Shown: positions 20,120 through 30,360 of the stretch, one piece after another
Position numbering within the stretch: the first letter of the stretch is position 1
How the letters are laid out: each line of letters begins with the position of its first letter
Assembly: GCA_965214095.1 (NCBI GenBank)
Contig: OZ243938.1
Location: 1,216,001-1,280,000 of the forward strand
DNA length: 64,000 bases
Source: Candidatus Poribacteria bacterium
GTDB lineage: Bacteria > Poribacteria > WGA-4E > WGA-3G
Reading direction: 5' to 3'
Notes under the pieces: model-generated
What the model was told of the DNA's origin: nothing
Databases searched by the model: none
Seen by the model: the letters and a program-made list of their open reading frames with translations, nothing else
Position numbers and translations under genes: made by a program

Positions 20120-20256
20120 TATAGTGAAATTTGAAATTAACAATACACTTTACATTTAGATAAACGCGTTTGTAGTCGCGCAATTCATTGCGCCTCTTAC
20201 ATTATATAAATAAGTAATTGGGACAATATGTCTCATTAATTGTAAGTTTTACCATA
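20120..20256. mobile_element. MITE-like element with TATRGT...AATTAA IRs carrying REP GTAGTCGCGCAATTCATTGCGC
   Basis: Left TATAGTGAAATTTGAAATTAA; right TTAATTGTAAGTTTTACCATA; internal hairpin repeated at 35453. Confidence 0.65.
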
Positions 20257-21024
20257 AATGAGTTGAATATATGATAGCATCCGACCAGTTTGTCCACCCT
20301 CAGCACGATAAGAATAAAACAGATCTGTGCAACATGCGGTACAATAGGGTGACATAGATATAGAATCAAACGGCACACCAGCATCGACCAATTGAATCAC
20401 ATTTGCAGTATGTAAGGATAGTGAATGTCCATTGTGAACATTTTGTCCAAAAAGTTCTTCAAAACGGACTAACAATTCTGGACTGACTTCATAGCAACAC
20501 TGCTGTATAGAAGGACCTAAGTGTATCAGGCAATTTACTGCATGTGTGTCATAGCATTTCATCATTTGTACCAAGACTTTTGTCACGATACGAGCAACGG
20601 TGCCACGCCAACCTGCATGCACAATAGCAATGGCAGGTTTTGCAATGTCCAATATGAAAATAGGCACACAATCCGCCGTAAAAACACCTAACGCATCACC
20701 TTGCCTTGCAGAAATCAACGCATCTCCAGGCTGAGCTGCAATGTCAGGATTTACACTATCAAAGAATGTAATTGGCAATGTATCGGCATTGATTATGATG
20801 TCACTATGAATTTGATCACAAAATTTGAAATGGGTAATACCTGATTGTTTGGAAAAACATTGCCGATTTTGAATTACTGCTTCAGGTCTGTCCCCAACGT
20901 GAGTCGCTAAGTTAAGAGAGGTATAAGGGGCATCACTTACACCCCCAGAACGAAAACTTATTCCTGCCTTGACTAAACCTGTTTCTGTTAACTCTTGGAT
21001 TGTAAGATACAAATTTTCAGTCAA
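20236..21024 (-). CDS. pgeF: YfiH/PgeF family purine nucleoside phosphorylase (laccase domain)
   Basis: RSGGVS, SLNL, QIHS, TADCVPI, HAGWRG, CYEV, FYSYR motifs. Confidence 0.92.
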   Translation of the reverse strand: MTENLYLTIQELTETGLVKAGISFRSGGVSDAPYTSLNLATHVGDRPEAVIQNRQCFSKQSGITHFKFCDQIHSDIIINADTLPITFFDSVNPDIAAQPGDALISARQGDALGVFTADCVPIFILDIAKPAIAIVHAGWRGTVARIVTKVLVQMMKCYDTHAVNCLIHLGPSIQQCCYEVSPELLVRFEELFGQNVHNGHSLSLHTANVIQLVDAGVPFDSISMSPYCTACCTDLFYSYRAEGGQTGRMLSYIQLIYGKTYN

Positions 21025-21347
21025 GATATGTAATCTTCCCGAGGTGGACTAAAAATGTCCAGGGCAATTGCAGGTTTATCATTTGCTTTTGCGCTATGTT
21101 TCACATGAGAGGGTATCAGGTAGGTATCACCTTTATTTAATGTGCGTGATTCTCCGTCAATGGTTAATTCAAATGAACCTTCCAATACCATTCCCATTTG
21201 TTCATGGTGATGACTATGTTCCGCAACTATACTGTGTGGTTGCAAATGAACATAAGACATCATCAGATTCTCACCATGGATTGTCCGAATTGATACGCCA
21301 TCAAAAACCTGTTGTTGCGGTTGAGCATTGATATCTATAAATGGCAT
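21021..21347 (-). CDS. Cupin domain protein
   Basis: HSHHHEQ...G and IPSHVKH cupin motifs; DIFSPPREDY end. Confidence 0.88.
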   Translation of the reverse strand: MPFIDINAQPQQQVFDGVSIRTIHGENLMMSYVHLQPHSIVAEHSHHHEQMGMVLEGSFELTIDGESRTLNKGDTYLIPSHVKHSAKANDKPAIALDIFSPPREDYIS

Positions 21348-21383
21348 ATAGATGACTCCGTCTAAGCATAGAATGGTAACGTA

Positions 21384-22127
21384 TTATGGATATGGAATAT
21401 CTGATGAGAGCGGCTCAACATAAAGGAGTCGCTTACAACTTGTACAATATACTAACTTTTCATATTTTTGCGCTTCCTTAAGATTTTGCGGTTGGATTGT
21501 AAGACGACAACTACCACAAGTTCCGTTCTTACCTAAAGATAAAAAATCAGACTTCCGACGGTTTACCCAGTTGTGATATAGTCTAATGAGCTCTTTATTA
21601 ATCTCTGGTAAATATTGTGAACGTTGTTTGGTTTTCTCATCAATAAGCTTTTTTAGGCTGTTCTGTTCCTCCTGATATTCTAATCTTTGCTCTGCAGTTT
21701 TCTCATCTTCACGAGCAACATCGGCTTCAAGATCTGTTAACTCTTCTGTCAACCGATCAGACTTTTCCATCAGTTCTAAGATCTCTTCCTCCGTTTCTGA
21801 ATCCTTTTGATCAAGAAATTCAATCTGATTATCAAGTGCTGTATATTGCTCATTTGTGGTAACTGCGCGTTGTTCAGTTTTGTACTTCTCGCGTTGGACT
21901 TCGTTCATTTCTAATTCAGCATTCTTAGATCGTAACGATTTATCCACTTCTGCGAGTTCATCAGATTTTGCGTTCATCTCTGTTTTGAATTTAGTTACGG
22001 AATCTTCTAACTGTTTTATTTGTTGAGGGATCCCTTGAAAACGTTGGTGCATTGACAACAACTCTCTATCATGCTCTTGCAGTTGGTAGAGCACAGCAAG
22101 TTGTTGTCGTAAAGATCCGATAGCCAT
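21384..22127 (-). CDS. Coiled-coil + C4 zinc-ribbon protein (DUF164/CT398-like)
   Basis: LYQLQEHD start; long coiled coil; CGSC...CTSCKRLL. Confidence 0.85.
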   Translation of the reverse strand: MAIGSLRQQLAVLYQLQEHDRELLSMHQRFQGIPQQIKQLEDSVTKFKTEMNAKSDELAEVDKSLRSKNAELEMNEVQREKYKTEQRAVTTNEQYTALDNQIEFLDQKDSETEEEILELMEKSDRLTEELTDLEADVAREDEKTAEQRLEYQEEQNSLKKLIDEKTKQRSQYLPEINKELIRLYHNWVNRRKSDFLSLGKNGTCGSCRLTIQPQNLKEAQKYEKLVYCTSCKRLLYVEPLSSDIPYP

Positions 22128-22948
22128 TATATTTCTTCCTCCTTTTCAACCAGGAAAGCGAAAAATATTCCCAGTTGATATAATACAAAGAGTGGAACTG
22201 CCATTAGAATCATTGAACCTGGATCTGCTGGAGTTAAGATCGCTGATATGACACAGATACCCATTAAAGCAACGCGCTGCTTGCTACGAAATCCACGAGA
22301 ATTAATGATACCGATTCGGGCAAGAAAAGCCATTACAACAGGTAACTCAAATGCGACACCGAATCCTAATATTAAACCTGTGACAAAACTGAGATACGAT
22401 TTTAAATCCCAAAGGTTTTTATATTCAGGAAAAAGACCTGCCGCAAACTGCAGCACTACGGGAACTACTATTAAATAGGCAAATACTGCGCCAAGCAAAA
22501 AGAAAAATATTATAGTGAAGAAAAGGGGTAAGGCATATCTGCGCTCATTACTGTTTAATGCTGGAAAGATAAACATCCATATCTGATATAGGATAATCGG
22601 GAGTGAAAGAATTATTCCTGCAGCTATACCTATTGTTAGGTATGCCATTATGCCTTCAAAAGCACCCATCAGTATCAATTCTGCTTCAACATTTGATGAA
22701 CTTGTGCGGAGAGTCAAAGACAAAAAACCGAGTGTTGAACCTTCAGAACCTGACCTTAATTCAATCGCATCGGCGACGATGTTAGTTACAGGACTCCGCA
22801 TTGGTAATTCAAGCAGATATCTTAACGGTTGATTAAAAGTCAAACCAAGTAGCGTACAGACACCTAAAGCGATGAGTGAAATAATAATACGACGTCGAAG
22901 TTCCCCAAGATGATCTAAAAAGGTCATTGCCACATCGTTAGATTTCAT
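22127..22948 (-). CDS. tatC: Twin-arginine translocase TatC
   Basis: MTFLDHLGELRRR, YQIWMFIFPAL, FELP, ILTPAD. Confidence 0.95.
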   Translation of the reverse strand: MKSNDVAMTFLDHLGELRRRIIISLIALGVCTLLGLTFNQPLRYLLELPMRSPVTNIVADAIELRSGSEGSTLGFLSLTLRTSSSNVEAELILMGAFEGIMAYLTIGIAAGIILSLPIILYQIWMFIFPALNSNERRYALPLFFTIIFFFLLGAVFAYLIVVPVVLQFAAGLFPEYKNLWDLKSYLSFVTGLILGFGVAFELPVVMAFLARIGIINSRGFRSKQRVALMGICVISAILTPADPGSMILMAVPLFVLYQLGIFFAFLVEKEEEI

Positions 22949-22968
22949 AATCTTGTCTACTCACGGAG

Positions 22969-23175
22969 TTACGTTGATTTGGGGGGTTTGATTGTTTTTT
23001 CTGGATCTACCTCATCTGTCACCTTTGTAATTTCATCTTGGATCTGGCTCCCAGCACTCTTAAATTCGCGGATTGCTTTACCTAATGAACGACCCATTTC
23101 CGGTAATTTCTGAGGACCGAAAATGATGAGTGCACCTAACAAAAGTAAAAATACCTCCATTCCGCCTAGTCCCAT
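22969..23175 (-). CDS. tatA: Twin-arginine translocase TatA/B subunit
   Basis: TM followed by FGPQKLPEMGRSLGKAIREFK. Confidence 0.92.
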   Translation of the reverse strand: MGLGGMEVFLLLLGALIIFGPQKLPEMGRSLGKAIREFKSAGSQIQDEITKVTDEVDPEKTIKPPKST

Positions 23176-23356
23176 TTTCTTAGTACCTCCTTTGATGAAA
23201 TGAAACAAAGAAAATAATATCTAATAGTATATCATAATTAACCATTGAAAAACAAATAAATTCTTTATCTAAGTTTCTAGTTCTCTATATATTGAATCTG
23301 TGATATGATACATATCATCAACTCAATAATTGCAACATGAAATTAGGAGATTTTAG

Positions 23357-24139
23357 ATGATGAAAAGTATCAACCTTACGCTCTCTATAACAATGATTTT
23401 AATATCGGCATGTATTCTATGTCCTCAAATTGACGCTCAAGATATAAACACGGTACTGCTTTATACTTTTGAAACGGGTGAAGGGGATACCGTCAAAGAC
23501 CTGTCTGGGAATAATAACGATGGTAAACTGATGGGAACCAAGTGGGATGATGGAAAGTTTAAGGGAGGAATCCTATTAGGTGGAAATGGTCCAAGAGATT
23601 TTGTTGAAATTCTTGATAGCGAAAGCCTGGATCTTGAAAATGGACTCACAGTAGAGATGTGGATCTTTCTAAATTCACAATCAACTGCTGGTGGTACAGG
23701 TGCTACAAAAGAGGGGGCATATAAATTTGGTCCACGCAGCGACAGTACTGTTCTACTCCGCATGACAACTACAACAAAGGCTTGGGGGAGTGCTGTAGTG
23801 AACGGAAGTAAAGAATTACCTCTCAAGAAATGGGTGCATATTGCCGGTACTTATGATGCTGCCTCTGGTGAAGGAAAACTCTACTTTGATGGCGAGATTG
23901 ACAATGAAGGCGATATCGGCGGGAAAATCATTACAAATGATGTTGTCCTATGGCTTGGACGCGGGTCAGGTCCCTTCCTTGATGGGTACATAGACGAAGT
24001 ACGTATATCAAATATCGCACGTACACAGAAAGAAATTCAGGATTTGATGAATTTAGGGATAGATGGTGTGTTATCTGTAACTCCGAAGGACAAATTAGCA
24101 ACAACATGGGGAAAAATGAAGACTCGGTCTATTCAGTAA
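23357..24139 (+). CDS. Secreted LamG/concanavalin-like protein with C-terminal KLATTWG motif
   Basis: Signal peptide; DLSGNNNDG, WVHIAGTYD, IDEVRIS; ends VTPKDKLATTWGKMK. Confidence 0.85.
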   Translation: MMKSINLTLSITMILISACILCPQIDAQDINTVLLYTFETGEGDTVKDLSGNNNDGKLMGTKWDDGKFKGGILLGGNGPRDFVEILDSESLDLENGLTVEMWIFLNSQSTAGGTGATKEGAYKFGPRSDSTVLLRMTTTTKAWGSAVVNGSKELPLKKWVHIAGTYDAASGEGKLYFDGEIDNEGDIGGKIITNDVVLWLGRGSGPFLDGYIDEVRISNIARTQKEIQDLMNLGIDGVLSVTPKDKLATTWGKMKTRSIQ

Positions 24140-24151
24140 ATACTCAGTTGC

Positions 24152-25036
24152 TTAATATGGGAACGTAATGTAAAGGGTTGACAAGAATTCTTCTGCAACA
24201 TGATCATTATACACGCGAGCGGATATTACCGAACCATATATATTTCCCAGATAGAAGATCCCACTAAGGGTACCGAGAGTCCAGCCCTTGACAGATGAGA
24301 GTCCATCTCTACGAAAACCGTCATAAGCCTGCCAACCAGTAATGCCTACAGTGATAAATGAAGTAATGGCATCATTAACACGACCAGTATATAATCTACC
24401 AGAACCTGGAACAATAGTAGACATTATACCGGCTAATAACGGACTTCGTCTCGGAAGTTGCCTGCCTTGTTGAGCATACATGTTATATGTTACAGCTTTT
24501 TCTCTTACTTCAATAACATCAGATTGTAGCAAGTTGTTAAAGGTATTTTCTGCTGCCACCCATTCTCTTTGCATCAGGTAAGACAATCCAATAACTTGTT
24601 GTGCTTCTGTGCTATACCGAATATCCGATATGCGTGGTAACGATGTTTGCAAGAAATCTACTGATTTTCCAAACTGTTCCAAAAGAAAATAGGATACACC
24701 AATCTGATAATAGGCACTACTAACAAATTTACTATCAGAAGAAACTGAAAGTAAATTTTGAAAAGCCTGTATCGACTGTTCTGGTCTACCCCCTAAACGA
24801 TAACACAAAGCAATCTTGTATTGTATCTGCTCATTGTCAACTGGTTTATAGAATAGGTGACGTTGATATTCACCTATAGCACGTAGGTAATCTCCTTGAT
24901 TAAATAGATTGTCAGCAAATTTGAGAACATTTTCTGGACTATAATGGTCTATCGAATCCTCAGAAGATACGTAACTCAAACACGCGAAATTGAAAAATAT
25001 AATGAGCAATATCCGGAAAAATTGTCTACTTTGCAT
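24152..25036 (-). CDS. Exported TPR protein with C-terminal hydrophobic (TM2/DUF5683-like) segment
   Basis: TPR-like repeats (AYYQIGVSYF); SPLLAGIMSTIVPGSGRLY motif. Confidence 0.7.
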   Translation of the reverse strand: MQSRQFFRILLIIFFNFACLSYVSSEDSIDHYSPENVLKFADNLFNQGDYLRAIGEYQRHLFYKPVDNEQIQYKIALCYRLGGRPEQSIQAFQNLLSVSSDSKFVSSAYYQIGVSYFLLEQFGKSVDFLQTSLPRISDIRYSTEAQQVIGLSYLMQREWVAAENTFNNLLQSDVIEVREKAVTYNMYAQQGRQLPRRSPLLAGIMSTIVPGSGRLYTGRVNDAITSFITVGITGWQAYDGFRRDGLSSVKGWTLGTLSGIFYLGNIYGSVISARVYNDHVAEEFLSTLYITFPY

Positions 25037-25466
25037 AATCTGAAATTGGATCGGCATACTTCTCACTATTTGGATCTTTGTGATAGTGTTGTGCTTGTGA
25101 ACCGTTGCATCGAAGTAACCTGTCTGCTGTAAGGAGTACACCTCGCATTATACCATACTCTTTTATTGCAGCCATGCCAAATCGAGAACAACTGGGACTG
25201 AAACCACACGATGGTCCATCTTGACTAGAGACTAATTTCTGATACAGACGAATAAGTGCGGTTGCAGCGAACTTCAACTCAGAACTTACTTGTGGCTCAA
25301 CGCTGATTGATTCTTGTCGTTTTACCTTTAGTATCGGATTAACTTGACGAATGAAGATAAGGTCAGATGCTTCATTCGCATAAGAAGGTGTTGAGAGAAG
25401 TGCGATTAGTAAAGTGATGACACAAAAATTCAAAGATAGAATGCAAAACCATGTCTTATTTACCAT
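25026..25466 (-). CDS. yidD: YidD-family (membrane protein insertion efficiency factor) protein with N-terminal signal
   Basis: IRLYQ..S....CGFSPSCS...AIKEYG..RG....DRLLRC. Confidence 0.8.
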   Translation of the reverse strand: MVNKTWFCILSLNFCVITLLIALLSTPSYANEASDLIFIRQVNPILKVKRQESISVEPQVSSELKFAATALIRLYQKLVSSQDGPSCGFSPSCSRFGMAAIKEYGIMRGVLLTADRLLRCNGSQAQHYHKDPNSEKYADPISDYAK

Positions 25467-26176
25467 TTTACCACCTTAACTTTAACGGATTCAGGGATTG
25501 TGAAATTCAAAATTTCATTTTTGGGTTCCACATTAACCAAAGGATTACTATAGACAATTGTTTCTTGTTGCACAACTTTAGATTTTTCACCGTAAGTATT
25601 GGAAGTAACAGTCATCGGCACATAGAAGTTTCCAAGTTTGTGGTGGTCTTTATAACTTGATCTTGCAATAATCTGTCCTTTCGGGTTCTTAATTTCGGCA
25701 GAGATGAGTTTATCGTCTTGCATACCGAGTATAATAGAACCGAGCTTATCTTTGGCTTTTTCTGGTGGATTCCAATAGGTAAATAGCATCTTATCAACAA
25801 CATCATGCTTGTGCAATGTATATCCAAGTGCCGTCAAGCCATACTCCGCTTGTGTGGTCTGGATGATGGATTCCACAAAAGGGAGTGGGATTCGACCTTC
25901 AGATAGAAAACGGAATGCCTGTTTCTCAACGGGATAATATATCTCTAAAACTTTGTCCTTTGCTATCATTATCTGTTGAAGTGGTTTTATAACTTCAACA
26001 ACAACCCGTGCTGCTTTTACATCATAGTGTAGTGTGCCTATAATCTCTTCAGTTTTATTGTTTTCAGTAAGTTCCCGTTTAAATTCTAACGAAAGAGTTT
26101 TTAATGGAGCTGCGTGAAGTAAATGAGAGAAAGATAGTGTGATCAGAAATAATAAAAAATATAGTTTTTTAGACAT
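25460..26176 (-). CDS. Exported LolA/LppX-like fold protein (putative)
   Basis: Signal peptide; pattern resembling LolA-like sorting proteins; ends FTIPESVKV. Confidence 0.5.
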   Translation of the reverse strand: MSKKLYFLLFLITLSFSHLLHAAPLKTLSLEFKRELTENNKTEEIIGTLHYDVKAARVVVEVIKPLQQIMIAKDKVLEIYYPVEKQAFRFLSEGRIPLPFVESIIQTTQAEYGLTALGYTLHKHDVVDKMLFTYWNPPEKAKDKLGSIILGMQDDKLISAEIKNPKGQIIARSSYKDHHKLGNFYVPMTVTSNTYGEKSKVVQQETIVYSNPLVNVEPKNEILNFTIPESVKVKVVKW

Positions 26177-26311
26177 TTAGTATTCTACAAAAGAAAGTTT
26201 GAGATGGGTTTATTTATCACCACCAAAATTGACACCTAAAGTGAGGTGTCCCAACCACACCGATTTCCTAAATTGCTTAGACTGTTCTCGCTTCATCCAT
26301 GAAACTATATT

Positions 26312-27301
26312 TCAAAACAAACTACATCCGCCAGGCATATAGTGTTGTGAGAAAAAGATTCCGAAGGTAATAGGCATTATATCTTGATCTGACAATGAAA
26401 AGAATGGTCTATCCACTCGCATTTCAAATTTTAGACGACTTTTGGTAAGACGCAACATTTCTATTCCACCAACAAAGTAAGCACCCAATCCAGTTTCATC
26501 GTTTGAATGATAATCCTCATAATTATTGTAATTGTAGCTGGAATAGCGAGGATAGTAACTTACACTTAAAATCGCAAACCCACCACCTATATAAGGGGAG
26601 ATATTCATTTTATTGAAGAAATGCCGTGCACCAATTGACCACGAAGCAAACATATAATCTTCAACATTATTCGCTCCACCGCTAAGACGAAACTGAGTCC
26701 CAAGAGCATACCTCAGTGTCTGATATCCCCATCCCATTTCCCAACCAGGTTTAGCAAATATTTCTGTTCCCGGTAAAAAAGTAGAAAATATTCCAACATT
26801 CCATAGGGATTCTCCTGCTAATTTTTCGTACGCTGCTGATTCATGACCTGTAACTTGCTCAATTTCAACTGTGGAGGATAACGGTTTGTTGTTTACTATA
26901 GCATCTACTAATCTTGGAACTACTTTTATCATCTCTTCAATATTGTTAATCCATATCTCTCTTTCAACAGCAATTGTTCCAGACATTTCCTGACTCAGAC
27001 GAACCAAGATCTTTTCTCCTAAGCGGCGAAATGATAGTCTGTAGATATATCCAGTTTTAGGATCTTTGAAGACAGGATCACGCACAGAAATATTGAATTT
27101 TCTGAATTCCTCAATGACCAACATAGCTGCACTTTGTGCATCAACTTCATCTAAGCCAGAATTCTCCACGACCAATAGTTCAGGTGTGGGTGAAACAACT
27201 TCAATCTGAGATTTAGGTTGTGCGAATGTTGAAATAGGAATAACACAGGTCAGAATAAATAGAAAAAAGACCGTTGTGCTTAATCTCAGTATGGTATACA
27301 T
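26312..27301 (-). CDS. Exported hypothetical protein with probable C-terminal outer-membrane beta-barrel
   Basis: Signal peptide; amphipathic strands (SPYIGGGF, GAYFVGGIE). Confidence 0.55.
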   Translation of the reverse strand: MYTILRLSTTVFFLFILTCVIPISTFAQPKSQIEVVSPTPELLVVENSGLDEVDAQSAAMLVIEEFRKFNISVRDPVFKDPKTGYIYRLSFRRLGEKILVRLSQEMSGTIAVEREIWINNIEEMIKVVPRLVDAIVNNKPLSSTVEIEQVTGHESAAYEKLAGESLWNVGIFSTFLPGTEIFAKPGWEMGWGYQTLRYALGTQFRLSGGANNVEDYMFASWSIGARHFFNKMNISPYIGGGFAILSVSYYPRYSSYNYNNYEDYHSNDETGLGAYFVGGIEMLRLTKSRLKFEMRVDRPFFSLSDQDIMPITFGIFFSQHYMPGGCSLF

Positions 27302-27536
27302 ATTTATCTCCCAGTAGACGTAATTATTTGTGTATATTCTAAAATCAGACTTGTTAATTGTAAGTAATTAGTGGTATTAGGTCAGAATTTTCTTTGAAAT
27401 TTAGTACTCATTCTACTAATTCGGCAACAGGTCGAATATTCACAAACAATTGAATCAAACCGGTATGCAATTGTCATGTTAGGTTGATTTTGCACAAACA
27501 CCTCAATGAAAGTTTACCTGATACAATAGCATATCG

Positions 27537-28595
27537 TCAACTAAAAATCGCAATTTCAATCGCACGACGTTCCTTTGTTGCACGTCTTGCTGCATCAATA
27601 ATCGCAAGGTTTTGGTATGCCTTATCAGCACTTATTGGCAACGGATTGTTCTCAGCAAGTGCATTAAAGGTTGCAGTAAAATATCCAGCATGTCCACTTG
27701 AATCTTTCAATCCTTCTTCATCAAGGTCGGTAAGTTCAATTTGTTTCCATCCTTCTGCTCTGGTATGTTTTTGTAGTGCCTCTCGAACATTGTACCGATG
27801 TTTAACTCTCAGAGAACTATTTTCGGCATGCACTTCACACCAACCAAAATCGGTCGCAGGAACACTCCAAGCACCAGAAACAGTGGTTACTGCTCCATTT
27901 TCATGTTCAAGTAAAAGCATTGCAAAATCGTCAACATCAATGTCCAGAACCATTGTTCGGACACGCGCCTCAACATAACGAACTGGTGATTGCACTAATG
28001 TACATACAGAATAGATTTCATGATAACTGGTATCACTTATACAACCACCACCTTTTGACTTACTTGCTCGCCATGCAAACGCTGGATTCGGATGATTGGC
28101 GTTGAAATCAGTTGATCTCAATCCCATTCCAGTACTGCGTCCATAATATGTAGTTCCTAATTCAGGTAGCTGCGCTATTGCAGTTTGCATGCCAGCGGTA
28201 TAGAGATAGTTATGTACTATTGTATATGGTACGTTATTCTGATTAACTGCCTCCATAATCTGATTTGCTTCTTCAATTGATGTCGCCATCGGCTTTTCGG
28301 AGATAATCGCTATTCCTGCCTGTGCCGATTCTGCCACCTGTTCTGCATGAAATGAATGTGGTGTTGCAATTGTTACCGCATCAATTCCAGCATTTGCCAA
28401 CATATCACGGTAATCTGAATATCTATGTTTCTCAGGAACATCAAATTCCTCACCAACCTTCTGCAGATTTTCAGAAACTATATCTGCAAGAGCGGATATT
28501 TTGACGGTCTCTGTCAGCGAATGATAGGCACGCGCATGGGTTTTTTGAACTATACCACCACAACCTATCAACCCTAAACGTAACGGTTTATTCAT
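27537..28595 (-). CDS. Gfo/Idh/MocA oxidoreductase
   Basis: GLIGCGGI, IATPHSFH, SEKPMA. Confidence 0.9.
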   Translation of the reverse strand: MNKPLRLGLIGCGGIVQKTHARAYHSLTETVKISALADIVSENLQKVGEEFDVPEKHRYSDYRDMLANAGIDAVTIATPHSFHAEQVAESAQAGIAIISEKPMATSIEEANQIMEAVNQNNVPYTIVHNYLYTAGMQTAIAQLPELGTTYYGRSTGMGLRSTDFNANHPNPAFAWRASKSKGGGCISDTSYHEIYSVCTLVQSPVRYVEARVRTMVLDIDVDDFAMLLLEHENGAVTTVSGAWSVPATDFGWCEVHAENSSLRVKHRYNVREALQKHTRAEGWKQIELTDLDEEGLKDSSGHAGYFTATFNALAENNPLPISADKAYQNLAIIDAARRATKERRAIEIAIFS

Positions 28596-28714
28596 GATAC
28601 CCTCCTTTTTTAGAGTGTATCATAATTCACTTATGAATCAAACAAATTTCTAACACCTGATCTGAAGAATCTGCTATAATAAAGGGCATATATCTATACA
28701 GAAAGGACTTATTA

Positions 28715-30211
28715 ATGAGCAAAGAAGAAAACAAAAACAGTGATGAAGAAAAATCTGAGGATAAAGACAAATCTGTTCCTGAAGATAATCTATCTGTAAC
28801 ACATCATAGTGTTACAATTGATGGCAAGGAACTCAATTATACTGCGACTGCAGGCACACTTGTTTTGAAGGCTGAAGATGACAAAGAGGGTGAGAAACCG
28901 AAAGCCTCTATTTTCTTTGTCGCATACACGCTTGATGATGTAGAAGACGCTTCGAAACGACCTGTGACATTCTCATTTAACGGTGGTCCGGGTTCGTCAT
29001 CAGTTTGGTTGCATTTAGGTGTTTTGGGACCGCGTCGCGTTCAACCGGATGCTGATGGTAACCCACCACAACCCCCTTATCAACTGACTAACAATGAATT
29101 TTCCATACTTGATAAAACCGATCTTGTTTTTATTGATCCGGTCAGCACAGGTTTCAGTCGCGCAGTTCCAGGTGAGGAAGCAAAGCAATTCCACGGGCTT
29201 CAAAAGGATATTGAATCTGTTGGGAACTTTATACTACTTTACTTAGGACGTTACAAACGTTGGCGTTCACCCAAATTCCTTATCGGTGAAAGTTATGGCA
29301 CAACGCGTGCTTGCGGTCTATCAGGTTACCTACAAGATAGAAACGGTACTTACTTGAACGGTATCATGCTCGTCTCTGTCGTCCTGAACTTTCAAACAAT
29401 TCGGTTTGCAGTGGGTAACGATTTGCCTTACATCTTATTTCTACCGACTTATGCTGCGACTGCTTTCCATCATAACAAACTGACAGAATTGGAAACTTCA
29501 GCAGAAGATAGTTTTGAAAAGATTTTGGATGAAGTGCGAGACTTTGCTTTAGGAGATTATAGCGTCGCAATGATGCAAGGCTCAAACGTCTCTGATCGCA
29601 GAAGGCAAACGATTGTAAAGAAACTTGCGATGTATACAGGGTTGACAACCGAATACATTGAAAAAACCGATTTACGTATCAAGATAAACAGATTCTGTAA
29701 GGAATTGCTCCGAGATGAAGGTAAAACTGTAGGACGTTTTGATAGTCGTTTCACTGGTATTGACCGAGACTCCGCTGGTGAAAATTACGAATATGATCCA
29801 AGCTCAGCGGTGATACAAGGTGCGTATACTGCTACGTTAAACGATTATGTGCGTGGAGACCTTGAATTTGAAAGCGACCTCCCCTATGAAATCCTGAGCG
29901 GACGTGTACATCCGTGGGACTATGGCAGCCATCAAAACGAATATGTGAATGTCGCAGATACGCTCCGTAAAGCAATGACCACTAATCCATCATTGAAAGT
30001 ATATGTCGCAAACGGTTATTTTGATTTAGCTACACCATTCTTAGCAACGGAATACACCTTCTCACATCTTGGGTTGGATAAATCACTGCAGGATAACATC
30101 ACGATGTCCTATTATAAGGCTGGACACATGATGTATATTGATATGGATGAATTGAAAAAAATGAAAGAAGATATGGACGCATATCTTGATGACGTTCTAT
30201 CTGATATTTAG
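28715..30211 (+). CDS. S10 serine carboxypeptidase
   Basis: FNGGPGSSS, GESYG, GYFDLATP, AGHMMY. Confidence 0.93.
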   Translation: MSKEENKNSDEEKSEDKDKSVPEDNLSVTHHSVTIDGKELNYTATAGTLVLKAEDDKEGEKPKASIFFVAYTLDDVEDASKRPVTFSFNGGPGSSSVWLHLGVLGPRRVQPDADGNPPQPPYQLTNNEFSILDKTDLVFIDPVSTGFSRAVPGEEAKQFHGLQKDIESVGNFILLYLGRYKRWRSPKFLIGESYGTTRACGLSGYLQDRNGTYLNGIMLVSVVLNFQTIRFAVGNDLPYILFLPTYAATAFHHNKLTELETSAEDSFEKILDEVRDFALGDYSVAMMQGSNVSDRRRQTIVKKLAMYTGLTTEYIEKTDLRIKINRFCKELLRDEGKTVGRFDSRFTGIDRDSAGENYEYDPSSAVIQGAYTATLNDYVRGDLEFESDLPYEILSGRVHPWDYGSHQNEYVNVADTLRKAMTTNPSLKVYVANGYFDLATPFLATEYTFSHLGLDKSLQDNITMSYYKAGHMMYIDMDELKKMKEDMDAYLDDVLSDI

Positions 30212-30267
30212 CTCTCATATTTGAAGATTCAGTTATTAATTGGGTAATTCTCATTTTCTCAAACCTG

Positions 30268-30293
30268 GTAGGTGTGGTTTCCTAACCGCACCG
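30268..30293 (+). repeat. GTAG-type REP hairpin (family shared with 33393-33498)
   Basis: GTAGGTGTGGTTTCCTAACCGCACC. Confidence 0.7.
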
Positions 30294-30360
30294 GACATCA
30301 CCACAAAACTTACCTGATTTATTTCTTATCTCCATATCCTATTAGAGTTACAAGGTTGGT

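Noticed and set aside
26240-26270. Additional REP copy
   Set aside because: It resembles the 30268 family but is too degenerate to call.
27484-27978. This and other 60-170 aa antisense or overlapping ORFs in the track
   Set aside because: They are shadows of well-supported genes on the opposite strand or frame.
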